Below are positions 1 through 7,437 of a stretch of 16,685 nt of DNA, piece by piece; position 1 is the first letter of the stretch, and each line of letters begins with the position of its first letter. Made by a program: the position numbers and the translations under genes. The stretch is from the NCBI GenBank assembly GCA_043776275.1, contig JAYVRN010000521.1:1-16685 (forward strand), in the 5' to 3' direction. The DNA is from Myxococcales bacterium. GTDB lineage: Bacteria; Myxococcota_A; Polyangia; Haliangiales; Haliangiaceae. Under the pieces are notes generated by a model that worked only from the letters and a program-made list of their open reading frames with translations, did no database searches and was not told the origin of the DNA.

Positions 1-2034
1 GCCGATGCCCACGGCAAGTTCGAGCTGCCCGTCCCGCCGGGCGCCGCCAAGATCGTGGTGACCGCGCCCGGCCACAACGTGTTCCTCCAGCAGGAGACGC
101 TGGTCGCCGCCCAGGCGCTCTCGGTCACCTACTACGTGGAGCGCGATCGCTACGATCCGTACGAGATCGTCGTGCTCGGAGATCAGCGTCGCGAGGAGGT
201 CTCGCGGATCACGCTGCGCGGCCCCGAGATCAAGCAGATCCCCGGCACGTTCGGTGATCCGTTCCGCGTGGTGCAAGCGCTGCCCGGCGTGGCCGCGGCC
301 GTGTCCCTGTTGCCGTTCCCGATCGTGCGCGGCGCCAGCCCGAGCTCCACCGGGTTCTTGCTCGATGGCACCCGCGTGCCGCTGCTCTATCACCTGCTCT
401 CGGGACCGAGTGTGATCCACCCGAACTTCATCGACGAGATCCAGTTCTACCCGGGCGGCGCGCCCGTGCCGTACGGCGGCTACACCGGCGGCATCATCGA
501 CGGCCGCACCGTGCGTGCGCGCAAGGACGAGCACCTGCTCGACTTCGACGCGAACCTCCTCCAGGCCGGCGGCTTCGTGCGCCAGCCGATCCCCAAGCTC
601 GGGGTCACGGTGACCGCCGCGGGACGCTACGGCTATCCGGGCCTGATCCTCGGCCTCGCGACCAACCAGGTCTCGCTGTCGTACTGGGACTACCAGCTCC
701 GTGTCGACGGTGGCACCGCGAACGACGGCTGGACCGTGTTCGGGTTCGGCGCCAGCGACACGCTCGAGACGCCCGCGGCCACCGCGATGCCCGGCGATCC
801 CAACCCGCCGCTCGAGCCGTCGCTCATCCTTGGCTTTCATCGCGTCGATCTCCGCTATCACCGCACCGTCGGCGGCCTGGTCACGACGGCCCGTCTGGTG
901 CTCGGCCGAGACCGCACCAAGACGCGCGCCAACGACTTCTCGGTGCTGCTCGCCGAGCCGTCACTCATGCTGCGCTGGAAGCGCGACAAGTCGCTCGTCC
1001 TCTCCGGTGGGATCGAGGGTTCGTTCCGCTCGATCAATCAGTACAGCCCGCCCGGCAACGATCCGGCGGCGATCCTCACCGGCAGCCTCGATCGGTTCAC
1101 GAATGCCGCCGCGCTCATCGAGGCGCTGTGGCGTCCCACCGCGAAGTGGCTGATCCGTCCCGGCGTGCGCGCCGATGTGTGGGCCGACAACGAGACCACC
1201 AAGCCCGCGATCGATCCGCGCCTCACCGTGCGCTACCAGGTCGGGCGTCGTGATCTCGCCGACGTGCCGAAGGACAGCGACGACAGCGCGGTGTGGCTCA
1301 AGGGCGCTGTCGGCGTCTATCACCAGCCGCCGAGGTTCGTGCTCCCGCTGCCGGGGCTCGACATCATGCCGCTCAAGTACGGCCTGCTCCGCTCGTATCA
1401 GTCCAGCCTCGGCGTCGAGGTCCCGCTCGACGATCGGTTCCAGCTCACCGCCGAGGGCTTCTACAACCGCATGGACCCGACGATCTTCGACCTCTCGGTC
1501 AACGATGCCTCGGTCGTCAACGAGGCGAGCCCGACCTTGTTCCCGACCACGACCGTGACCGGGATGGATCAACAGACGTTCATCGATCGCCTGACCAAGC
1601 CGCAGCTCGGCCGCTCGTACGGGCTCGAGTTCTTGCTGCGCCGCCAGGCCAAGTCCGGCCTGTTCGGCTGGGTCTCGTACACCCTGTCGCGCTCGGAGCG
1701 CCTGCGCGATGGCTCCTACGTGCCGTACGACTTCGATCGCACGCACCTCATCAACGTGGTCGCCGGGCTCCCGCTACGACGCAACTGGGACGTCGGCGCC
1801 CGGATGCAGTACCAGAGCGGCAAGCCGAGCACCACGACCGAGGGCTACAACACCGCGCGCACCGCGGGCTACGTGCGGTTCGATGTCCGCGTCGACAAGC
1901 GCGTGGTGTGGAAGAAGTGGCTGCTCGACTTCTACGTCGACGTCACCAACATCGCCCTCCTCCCCGAGGAGGTCACCGCAGGGCAGAAGATTCGCTACGT
2001 GCTCCCCACCCTCGGCGTTCGCGGCCGGTTCTGA
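1..2034 (+). CDS. TonB-dependent outer-membrane receptor (5'-partial; Oar/SusC-like with an N-terminal carboxypeptidase-regulatory-like domain)
   Basis: The reading frame is open from nt 1: frame 1 reads ADAHGKFELPVPPGAAKIVVTAPGHNVF, a CarbD-like beta-sandwich motif, so the gene starts upstream of the window. Plug-domain motifs are present: YEIVVLGDQ, VQALPGVAAAVS, IVRGASPSSTGFLLDGTRV and IDEIQFYPGGAPVPYGGYTGGIID. A long beta-barrel region ends in a C-terminal aromatic (GVRGRF-stop), typical of OMPs. ExbB, ExbD and TonB follow immediately. Confidence 0.85.
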   Translation, partial: ADAHGKFELPVPPGAAKIVVTAPGHNVFLQQETLVAAQALSVTYYVERDRYDPYEIVVLGDQRREEVSRITLRGPEIKQIPGTFGDPFRVVQALPGVAAAVSLLPFPIVRGASPSSTGFLLDGTRVPLLYHLLSGPSVIHPNFIDEIQFYPGGAPVPYGGYTGGIIDGRTVRARKDEHLLDFDANLLQAGGFVRQPIPKLGVTVTAAGRYGYPGLILGLATNQVSLSYWDYQLRVDGGTANDGWTVFGFGASDTLETPAATAMPGDPNPPLEPSLILGFHRVDLRYHRTVGGLVTTARLVLGRDRTKTRANDFSVLLAEPSLMLRWKRDKSLVLSGGIEGSFRSINQYSPPGNDPAAILTGSLDRFTNAAALIEALWRPTAKWLIRPGVRADVWADNETTKPAIDPRLTVRYQVGRRDLADVPKDSDDSAVWLKGAVGVYHQPPRFVLPLPGLDIMPLKYGLLRSYQSSLGVEVPLDDRFQLTAEGFYNRMDPTIFDLSVNDASVVNEASPTLFPTTTVTGMDQQTFIDRLTKPQLGRSYGLEFLLRRQAKSGLFGWVSYTLSRSERLRDGSYVPYDFDRTHLINVVAGLPLRRNWDVGARMQYQSGKPSTTTEGYNTARTAGYVRFDVRVDKRVVWKKWLLDFYVDVTNIALLPEEVTAGQKIRYVLPTLGVRGRF

Positions 2035-2049
2035 CCTTCAGGAGATTCG

Positions 2050-2742
2050 ATGACTAACGACACCACGATCGATGCCCAGCTCCTCGACCTGATGCTCCGC
2101 GCCGGCTCACGCTGGGTGCTGTGGCTGATGCTCGGCCTCTCGCTCGGCGCGATCGCCGTGATCTTCGAGCGCGTCTGGTTCTTCATGCAGGAGCGCCCAC
2201 CCCGCCAGGTGATCGCGGCGGCGCTGCGCACGCTCACCGACAAGGGGCCGGCCGCGGCGCTCGCCAAGCTCGCCGGGGTGCGCTCGATGGAGGCCGCGGT
2301 GGCGCGGGCCTGTCTGACCCACGCCGCCGACGGGCCGGCGGCCGTCGAGGAACACAAGGCGGCGAGCCTCGAGGAGGAGCGGCTCCGCCATGAGAGGCGG
2401 ATCGCGTTCCTCGGCACGCTCGGCAACAATGCTCCGTTCGTCGGCTTGTTCGGCACCGTGCTCGGCATCATCCGCGCGTTCCACGATCTCGCGGGCAACA
2501 CGATGCAGGGCACGCAGGCCGTGATGTCGGGCATCGCCGAGGCGCTGGTCGCCACCGGCGTGGGCCTCCTGGTCGCGCTGCCCGCCGTGGCCACGTACAA
2601 CGCGTTCATCCGCCGGGTCGAGACCTCGGTCGCCGCGTCGGAGGCCACCGCGCACTCGATCCTCGCGTACCTCAAGACCGCCCGCGATCCAGCACTGGCA
2701 GCGCCCGCGGCGCCCGCGGCGCCCGCGGCGAAGGAGGTGTGA
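2050..2742 (+). CDS. exbB: MotA/TolQ/ExbB-family proton-channel protein
   Basis: RBS aggag lies 6 nt upstream of the ATG. There are three TM segments. Family motifs are LGTLGNNAPFVGLFGTVLGIIRAF and LVATGVGLLVALPAVATYNAF. It lies 16 nt after the receptor stop and is followed by exbD. The C-terminus is low-complexity (PAAPAAPAA). Confidence 0.85.
   Translation: MTNDTTIDAQLLDLMLRAGSRWVLWLMLGLSLGAIAVIFERVWFFMQERPPRQVIAAALRTLTDKGPAAALAKLAGVRSMEAAVARACLTHAADGPAAVEEHKAASLEEERLRHERRIAFLGTLGNNAPFVGLFGTVLGIIRAFHDLAGNTMQGTQAVMSGIAEALVATGVGLLVALPAVATYNAFIRRVETSVAASEATAHSILAYLKTARDPALAAPAAPAAPAAKEV
2701..2727 (+). repeat. Perfect tandem 9-nt repeat (gcgcccgcg x3) encoding (AAP)3 at the ExbB C-terminus
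   Basis: Read directly: gcgcccgcg at 2701-2709, 2710-2718 and 2719-2727. Confidence 0.8.
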
Positions 2743-2743
2743 G

Positions 2744-3169
2744 GTGGCCGGATCGGCGCGCCGCCGCGGCATCGTGGCGGAGATCAACGTCACGCCGCTC
2801 GTCGACATCATGCTGGTGCTGCTGATCATCTTCATGTTGACGGCCCACCTGATCGCCAAGCAGGCGATCGAGGTCGAGCTGCCGCGCGCGAGCCAGAGCA
2901 CGACGCTCACGCCGACCACGATCGCCGTGACCCTGTCCCGCGATGGCGCCCTCTACCTGAACTCCGTGCCAGTGACCCCCGATGCGCTCCGATCGGCGGT
3001 GAAGGAAGCCGTGGCGAAGGATCCGAAGACCCAGGCGATCATCGTCGGCGACAAGGCCGTCTCGCACGGCCGCGTGGTGTGGGTGCTCGACACGATCAAG
3101 TCGCTCGGCATCACGTCGTTCGCGATCCAGATCGATCCGGCCGAGATGGTCTCGCCCGGGGGGACGTGA
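2744..3169 (+). CDS. exbD: ExbD/TolR biopolymer transport protein
   Basis: GTG start sits 2 nt after the exbB stop, with aaggagg upstream. INVTPLVDIMLVLLIIFM marks a single N-terminal TM helix. The periplasmic domain carries AIIVGDKAVSHGRVVWVLDTIK. The 141-aa size is typical. Confidence 0.85.
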   Translation: MAGSARRRGIVAEINVTPLVDIMLVLLIIFMLTAHLIAKQAIEVELPRASQSTTLTPTTIAVTLSRDGALYLNSVPVTPDALRSAVKEAVAKDPKTQAIIVGDKAVSHGRVVWVLDTIKSLGITSFAIQIDPAEMVSPGGT

Positions 3170-3176
3170 CCGCGTC

Positions 3177-3929
3177 GTGATCGATCACCGCCTGCTGATC
3201 TGCGCCGCCGCGTCGCTGTTCGCTCACTTCGTGCTCGGCGAGGCGCTCGCGACGTTGCCGCCGCGCGAACCACCCGTGATGGATCGCAAGATCGAGATCC
3301 GCGTGATCACCCCACCGCCGCCCGAAGCACCGCCGCCCGAGCCCCCGAAGCCTCCCGAGCCGGTCCCCGAGGTCAAGGCCGAGCCCAAAGTAGTGCGCGA
3401 AAAGCCGACCAATCGCCCGGTGCAGGCCACCGTGCACGACGTGATCGCCAAAGATGTGCCGGTCGCCGATCACGCTGTCGTGGCTCCGGAATCGTCCGGG
3501 CCACCGGTGTTCGGCGTCACGATGGAGTCGACCTCGCAGGGCGGCGGAGGGCCCGCGATGCAGGTCGGCAACACCACCACGCCGACCTCAGGCGCCGCGC
3601 CGGCCACGGTCGCGCCCAAGGCCGCCGCGCCGGTGGCCGCGTATGAGGTCACCAAGATGCCGCTGCCGCAGGGCCGCTGCTCGGGCAAGTACACGGACGA
3701 GGCGCGCACTGCCGCGATCGAGGGCACCGTCGTCCTCGATCTGATCGTCGACGAGAAGGGCCGCGCTCGCGACATCCAGGTGGTCTCCGGCCTCGAGCAC
3801 GGGCTCACCGAGGCCGCGATCGCCGCGCTCCGGTACTGTCGGTTCTCGCCCGGGGAGAAGGGTGGGCAGCCCGTCGCGGTCCGCGTCCGCAACTTCAAGA
3901 TCCGGTTCGTGATGCAGGACGCGCAGTAG
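3177..3929 (+). CDS. tonB: TonB-family energy transducer
   Basis: Domain order is an N-terminal TM helix (LLICAAASLFAHFVLG), then a proline-rich spacer (PPPPEAPPPEPPKPPEPVPEVKAEPK), then a C-terminal TonB-like domain (GTVVLDLIVDEKGRARDIQVVSG ... QPVAVRVRNFKIRF). It sits 8 nt after exbD. Confidence 0.75.
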   Translation: MIDHRLLICAAASLFAHFVLGEALATLPPREPPVMDRKIEIRVITPPPPEAPPPEPPKPPEPVPEVKAEPKVVREKPTNRPVQATVHDVIAKDVPVADHAVVAPESSGPPVFGVTMESTSQGGGGPAMQVGNTTTPTSGAAPATVAPKAAAPVAAYEVTKMPLPQGRCSGKYTDEARTAAIEGTVVLDLIVDEKGRARDIQVVSGLEHGLTEAAIAALRYCRFSPGEKGGQPVAVRVRNFKIRFVMQDAQ

Positions 3930-4003
3930 CGGAGCCGATCGAGACCGCCACCCCCTTCGACGGCGGACTGGCGCTTCGCCCCGACGTACGAGAGACTCAG
4001 GAG

Positions 4004-4849
4004 ATGCGCTGGTCGGTTGGTCTCGCGCTGCTCGTTGGGTGCTACGCACCGTCGATCCCTTCCGGGGCGCCGTGTGGCGCGTCCGATGCGTGCCCGACCG
4101 GGTTGGTGTGCGCCACCGCGACCCACACCTGCGAACGCGGTGAGCCCATGATCGACAGCCGCGGTCCCGTCGATGCCGCCCTCCCCACGACCGACGCACC
4201 GGCGGATGCGATGGCCGGGGTACCGCTGTCCACGCTGCTCGGGACCGGGCAGACCTCCACAACGGGGACCTCGGTGGCGCTGACCCTGACGAGCAACGTC
4301 GCTGCGGGGACGCTGCTCGTCGTGGAGGTCGCCGCGCGCGGCGATGCCCCGGTCACCGTCGCCGACACCAAGCACCACACCTGGAAGACGGCCGTCGAGA
4401 TCGGAAATCTGTCGGGGACCTCGGTCGCCGGGATCTACTACACGGTGCTCGCCACGCCTCTCGCGCCGGGTGACACGGTCGCGGCCACCGTCACCACGAG
4501 CAGCGGCAACACGCGAGCGCTCGCCGTGTTCAAGCTCGACAACGCGAGCACGCTGGACCAGACAGGGAGTGGGCAGCCAGACAACACCACGGCCCCGAGC
4601 GTCACCACCACGGCCGCGGTGACCGCGGGATCGGAGCTCGCGTTCGGCGTGGTCGTCACCGGCTTCAACGCGGCGGACAGCTTCGTGCCCGGTCAGGGCT
4701 TCGTCGAGGAGCTCGAGTTCGGCACCGCCCTGTCGAGCGGGAGCTTCAACCACAAGCGCCTCGTCGGAGCCAGTGGAGCGCAGACGTTCGCCGTGACGTC
4801 GCAGCAGGGCTCTGCCGCCTACGCGGTCGTGATCGCTACGTTCCGCTGA
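4004..4849 (+). CDS. Secreted lipoprotein, Thr/Gly-rich, unknown function
   Basis: RBS aggag precedes the ATG. A signal peptide with lipobox (LLVGC) is present. A Cys-rich stretch follows (PCGASDACPTGLVCATATHTCE). The rest is a predicted beta-rich Thr/Ala/Gly region. GC3 bias is strong. Confidence 0.6.
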   Translation: MRWSVGLALLVGCYAPSIPSGAPCGASDACPTGLVCATATHTCERGEPMIDSRGPVDAALPTTDAPADAMAGVPLSTLLGTGQTSTTGTSVALTLTSNVAAGTLLVVEVAARGDAPVTVADTKHHTWKTAVEIGNLSGTSVAGIYYTVLATPLAPGDTVAATVTTSSGNTRALAVFKLDNASTLDQTGSGQPDNTTAPSVTTTAAVTAGSELAFGVVVTGFNAADSFVPGQGFVEELEFGTALSSGSFNHKRLVGASGAQTFAVTSQQGSAAYAVVIATFR

Positions 4850-5754
4850 TGGTGCGCATGGGCGGGTCCTGGGTCCTTGCGCTCGTGAGTCTCGCCGCTT
4901 GCGGGCGACTCGGCTTCGACGACGTTGGCCCCCCGATTATCGACGCACCTCTCGACGCACCGGCTGCCTGCCGGACCTGGGGCCCGTTCGGGGCGGCGAC
5001 GCGCGACACCGCGCTGTCGTTCGCGGGGGGAGATGACTGGAGCCCCCGGATCAGCCGCGATGGGCTGACCCTGCTCGTCGATCGCTACAGCGCGACGACC
5101 CAGTTCGATCCAGTGATCGCGCGGCGGACCGCCACGAACCAGGCGTGGTCGGCGTTCACGATCGTGGCGGACCTCGTGACGCCGGACTTCGATCAAGCTG
5201 CGCAGCTCTCCGCGGACAACTCCGCGCTGTACTTGCTGCGAACGGTGGGCACCGTGCGGGAGATCTGGCAGTACGACGCGATCGGCGCGGGCTTCGGCAA
5301 CCCTCGACGACATCCCGCCCTGACGGGCGCCGTGCACTTCTGGATCTCCGATGATGAGCTGCGAGCCCTGTGGATCGATCCCGTGGGTGCGACGACCACG
5401 GTGTACCAGTCGAGCCGGCCCTCGCGCACCGGGCTGTTCGACGCGGGCGTCGCCGTCCTGACCTTCCTGGGAGCCAATTCCGGGGTGACCGTGACCGCCT
5501 CGACCGACGAGCTGGAGATGTTCCTCGGCGGCCCCGGCGGCGGCGGGCGGCTCGACGTCCTGCGCGCCACACGCAGCGACCGGTCGAAGGCGTTCGGCAC
5601 ACCCGATCCGATCGTGGTGCTCGAGACGCCGTTCGACGAGACCGTCGGGTCGACCAGCGCCGACGGCACCACGCTCTACCTCAACCTCGACACCGACGTG
5701 GGTGGCGGACGCGACGCAGACATCTGGACCACGACCCGCAGCTGCCTCGACTGA
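4849..5754 (+). CDS. Secreted lipoprotein with possible TolB/PD40-like beta-propeller repeats, unknown function
   Basis: Its start overlaps the upstream stop (TGATG), indicating translational coupling. A signal peptide with lipobox (LAAC) is present. Repeated motifs resemble PD40-type blades: DDWSPRISRDGLTLLV, DDELRALWIDP, STDELEMFLGGP and SADGTTLYLNLD. The repeat assignment is tentative. Confidence 0.6.
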   Translation: MVRMGGSWVLALVSLAACGRLGFDDVGPPIIDAPLDAPAACRTWGPFGAATRDTALSFAGGDDWSPRISRDGLTLLVDRYSATTQFDPVIARRTATNQAWSAFTIVADLVTPDFDQAAQLSADNSALYLLRTVGTVREIWQYDAIGAGFGNPRRHPALTGAVHFWISDDELRALWIDPVGATTTVYQSSRPSRTGLFDAGVAVLTFLGANSGVTVTASTDELEMFLGGPGGGGRLDVLRATRSDRSKAFGTPDPIVVLETPFDETVGSTSADGTTLYLNLDTDVGGGRDADIWTTTRSCLD

Positions 5755-5784
5755 GCGAGGGGCGGGGCCCATAACCACCCGGCC

Positions 5785-6027
5785 TCAACAGACCGTGAAC
5801 GCCACCGCAGGGAACCGCGCGCACAGCGCCATGTACGCCGGATCGTCGGCTGTCAGCGCGACATCGACGTAGCTGGTCCGGATGCAGAGGAGATCCGCGA
5901 GGCCGTAGTCGATCTCGTGGATCGGCGTGTCCTCGCGAGTCACGGCGACGCCGCGCTCGACCGCGAGAGCCTCGAGCGCCGCGGCCGCGGTGAACACGGT
6001 GTCGTCGCCGGTCAGCCTGATCGTCAT
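5785..6027 (-). CDS. Small conserved hypothetical protein (80 aa), last gene of the AAA-ATPase operon
   Basis: Its ATG overlaps the stop of the upstream TPR gene by 1 nt (TGATG on the minus strand). GC3 bias is strong throughout. Sequence: MTIRLTGDDTVFTAAAALEALAVERGVAVTREDTPIHEIDYGLADLLCIRTSYVDVALTADDPAYMALCARFPAVAFTVC. The longer 162-aa ORF in the track (to 6273) overlaps the TPR gene out of frame and is not favoured. Confidence 0.5.
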   Translation of the reverse strand: MTIRLTGDDTVFTAAAALEALAVERGVAVTREDTPIHEIDYGLADLLCIRTSYVDVALTADDPAYMALCARFPAVAFTVC

Positions 6028-6959
6028 CAGTAGTCCGGATCGAGCTTGACGGTGCCGAGCTCGGACTTGAGCCACTGCCGGAACAGCTCCGGCGCGAACC
6101 AGGTGTACGCGCAGAATCCGAGCCACAGGTAGGACAGCGCCCGCGAGATCAGATCGTAGCCGAGCTCGTCGGTGACGATGATCAGCACCCGCATCAGCAC
6201 GAACGTGCCGATCAGCACGGCGATCTGGCGGTGGTCGTCTCGCATCGAGATCCAGGTGTTCCAGCGCCACCACACGCCGAGGAGCTTCGAGCGCCTCGCC
6301 TTGACCGCGGTGAACAGGCGGAGCCCACCTTCGTCGGTGGCATCCTGGTTGAGCACGAACCGCGCATGGTCCTCGGCCGCCGCGGCATGGCCCTTCGCGA
6401 GCTCCACGAAGCCCGCCACCACATGGGCATCGCGATCAGCGGCATCGCTCTTCAAGGCCAGCGCGATGTGCTCCGCGGCGCCCTCCAGATCGCCGAGATC
6501 GAGCTCGAGCCGCGCGAGCTCCGTCAGGGCGGCGGTGTGGGTGGCCTCGAGCTCGAGGGCTTCGGTGAGCAGCTCCTTGGCGCGGCCGGTGTCGCCCTTC
6601 AACACCTGGATCGTGGCGCCGAGGACGTGGGTCGTGGCGTCGGCGTTGTCCTCGTCGAGCGCGATCAGCACGTGGGCCCACGCATCGTCGAGCTTGCGCT
6701 CGGCTGTCAACACGGCACCGGCGACGTAGTGGATATACGCGTCGTTGCCGTCGAGGGCGAGCGCCGTGCGGATCTCGATCCCCGCGCCGGGCAAGCGCCG
6801 CGCGGCGAGCAAGGCGAACGCGAGGGCGGCGTGTGCGCGCGCGTGATCCGGATCGATCGCGAGCGCCTTCTGCACGAGCTCGATCGCGCCGCGGTGATTC
6901 CCGAGCCGCCGCTGAACGTCGGACTGCTCGAGCAGGACCTTGATCTGTCGGTCCTCCAT
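6027..6959 (-). CDS. TPR-repeat protein with two C-terminal transmembrane helices
   Basis: About 6-7 TPR-like helical hairpins run through the N-terminal ~220 aa, with Ala/Leu-rich periodic A..A..L patterns. Two hydrophobic helices sit at the C-terminus (IAVLIGTFVLMRVLIIV and ALSYLWLGFCAYTWFAP). There is no signal peptide, so the TPR region is predicted cytoplasmic. The start lies 1 nt after the stop of the upstream membrane-protein gene. Confidence 0.75.
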   Translation of the reverse strand: MEDRQIKVLLEQSDVQRRLGNHRGAIELVQKALAIDPDHARAHAALAFALLAARRLPGAGIEIRTALALDGNDAYIHYVAGAVLTAERKLDDAWAHVLIALDEDNADATTHVLGATIQVLKGDTGRAKELLTEALELEATHTAALTELARLELDLGDLEGAAEHIALALKSDAADRDAHVVAGFVELAKGHAAAAEDHARFVLNQDATDEGGLRLFTAVKARRSKLLGVWWRWNTWISMRDDHRQIAVLIGTFVLMRVLIIVTDELGYDLISRALSYLWLGFCAYTWFAPELFRQWLKSELGTVKLDPDY

Positions 6960-6960
6960 C

Positions 6961-7437
6961 TCAGATCCCGCCAGCGACGATGATGATCCACAGCGGATCG
7001 TCGGACAGGCCGATCACGAGCGCACGCAGGTAGTACCCCGCGCTCAGCACCGCGCTCGCCGTGCGCACGCTACCGCCGTAGTACTGGTAGACGTGGAACG
7101 TGCGATTCTGCACCGTCGAGATGTAGTAGGTCATCGTCAGCTTGAACGTGACGATGCCGAGCACGGCGAGCCGCGTGGGGATCCCCGGTGGGAGCACACC
7201 GGCGCGCACCAGCGCGATCACGATCGAGGCCAGCACGGCCGTGCCGAGGAACGCCCCGGCGACCAGCGCGAGCTCCTTCTTCTTGGTGGGGCTGCCCATC
7301 GCGATCGCGTTGAAGGCGAACCACGGCCACGACAGCCACGCCCCGGCGACCATCGCCGCCAGCAGCGGGGCGGTGGGTCGCACCACGTAGTCACCGAGCG
7401 AGGTCGAGTGGGGTTCGTCCGCGATCTGATAGCTCAT
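6961..7437 (-). CDS. Integral membrane protein (~4 TM helices, 158 aa), unknown function
   Basis: Its start (MSYQIADEP...) overlaps the AAA ATPase stop (ATGA). Four hydrophobic segments are present: LLAAMVAGAWLSWPWFAFNAIAM, LALVAGAFLGTAVLASIVIALV, LAVLGIVTFKLTMTYYI and AVLSAGYYLRALVIG. The longer 292-aa version in the track has an Arg/Pro-rich N-extension that reads as non-coding. Confidence 0.65.
   Translation of the reverse strand: MSYQIADEPHSTSLGDYVVRPTAPLLAAMVAGAWLSWPWFAFNAIAMGSPTKKKELALVAGAFLGTAVLASIVIALVRAGVLPPGIPTRLAVLGIVTFKLTMTYYISTVQNRTFHVYQYYGGSVRTASAVLSAGYYLRALVIGLSDDPLWIIIVAGGI

Noticed and set aside
5755-5784. A possible bidirectional terminator between the convergent lipoprotein and small-protein genes (gaggggcggggcc...ccggcctc)
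   Set aside because: The arms are imperfectly complementary and there is no T-run, so it is not convincing.
5785-6027. Calling the 80-aa protein a MoaD/ThiS sulfur carrier
   Set aside because: There is no C-terminal Gly-Gly; it ends in Cys. Only the size and a loose C-terminal pattern match, so it is reported as a hypothesis only.
5785-6273. A 162-aa version of the small minus-strand gene extending to 6273
   Set aside because: The N-terminal 82 aa overlap the TPR gene's C-terminal TM-helix coding region out of frame and are Arg/Pro-rich. The internal ATG that overlaps the TPR stop (TGATG) gives the compact 80-aa, well-biased ORF.
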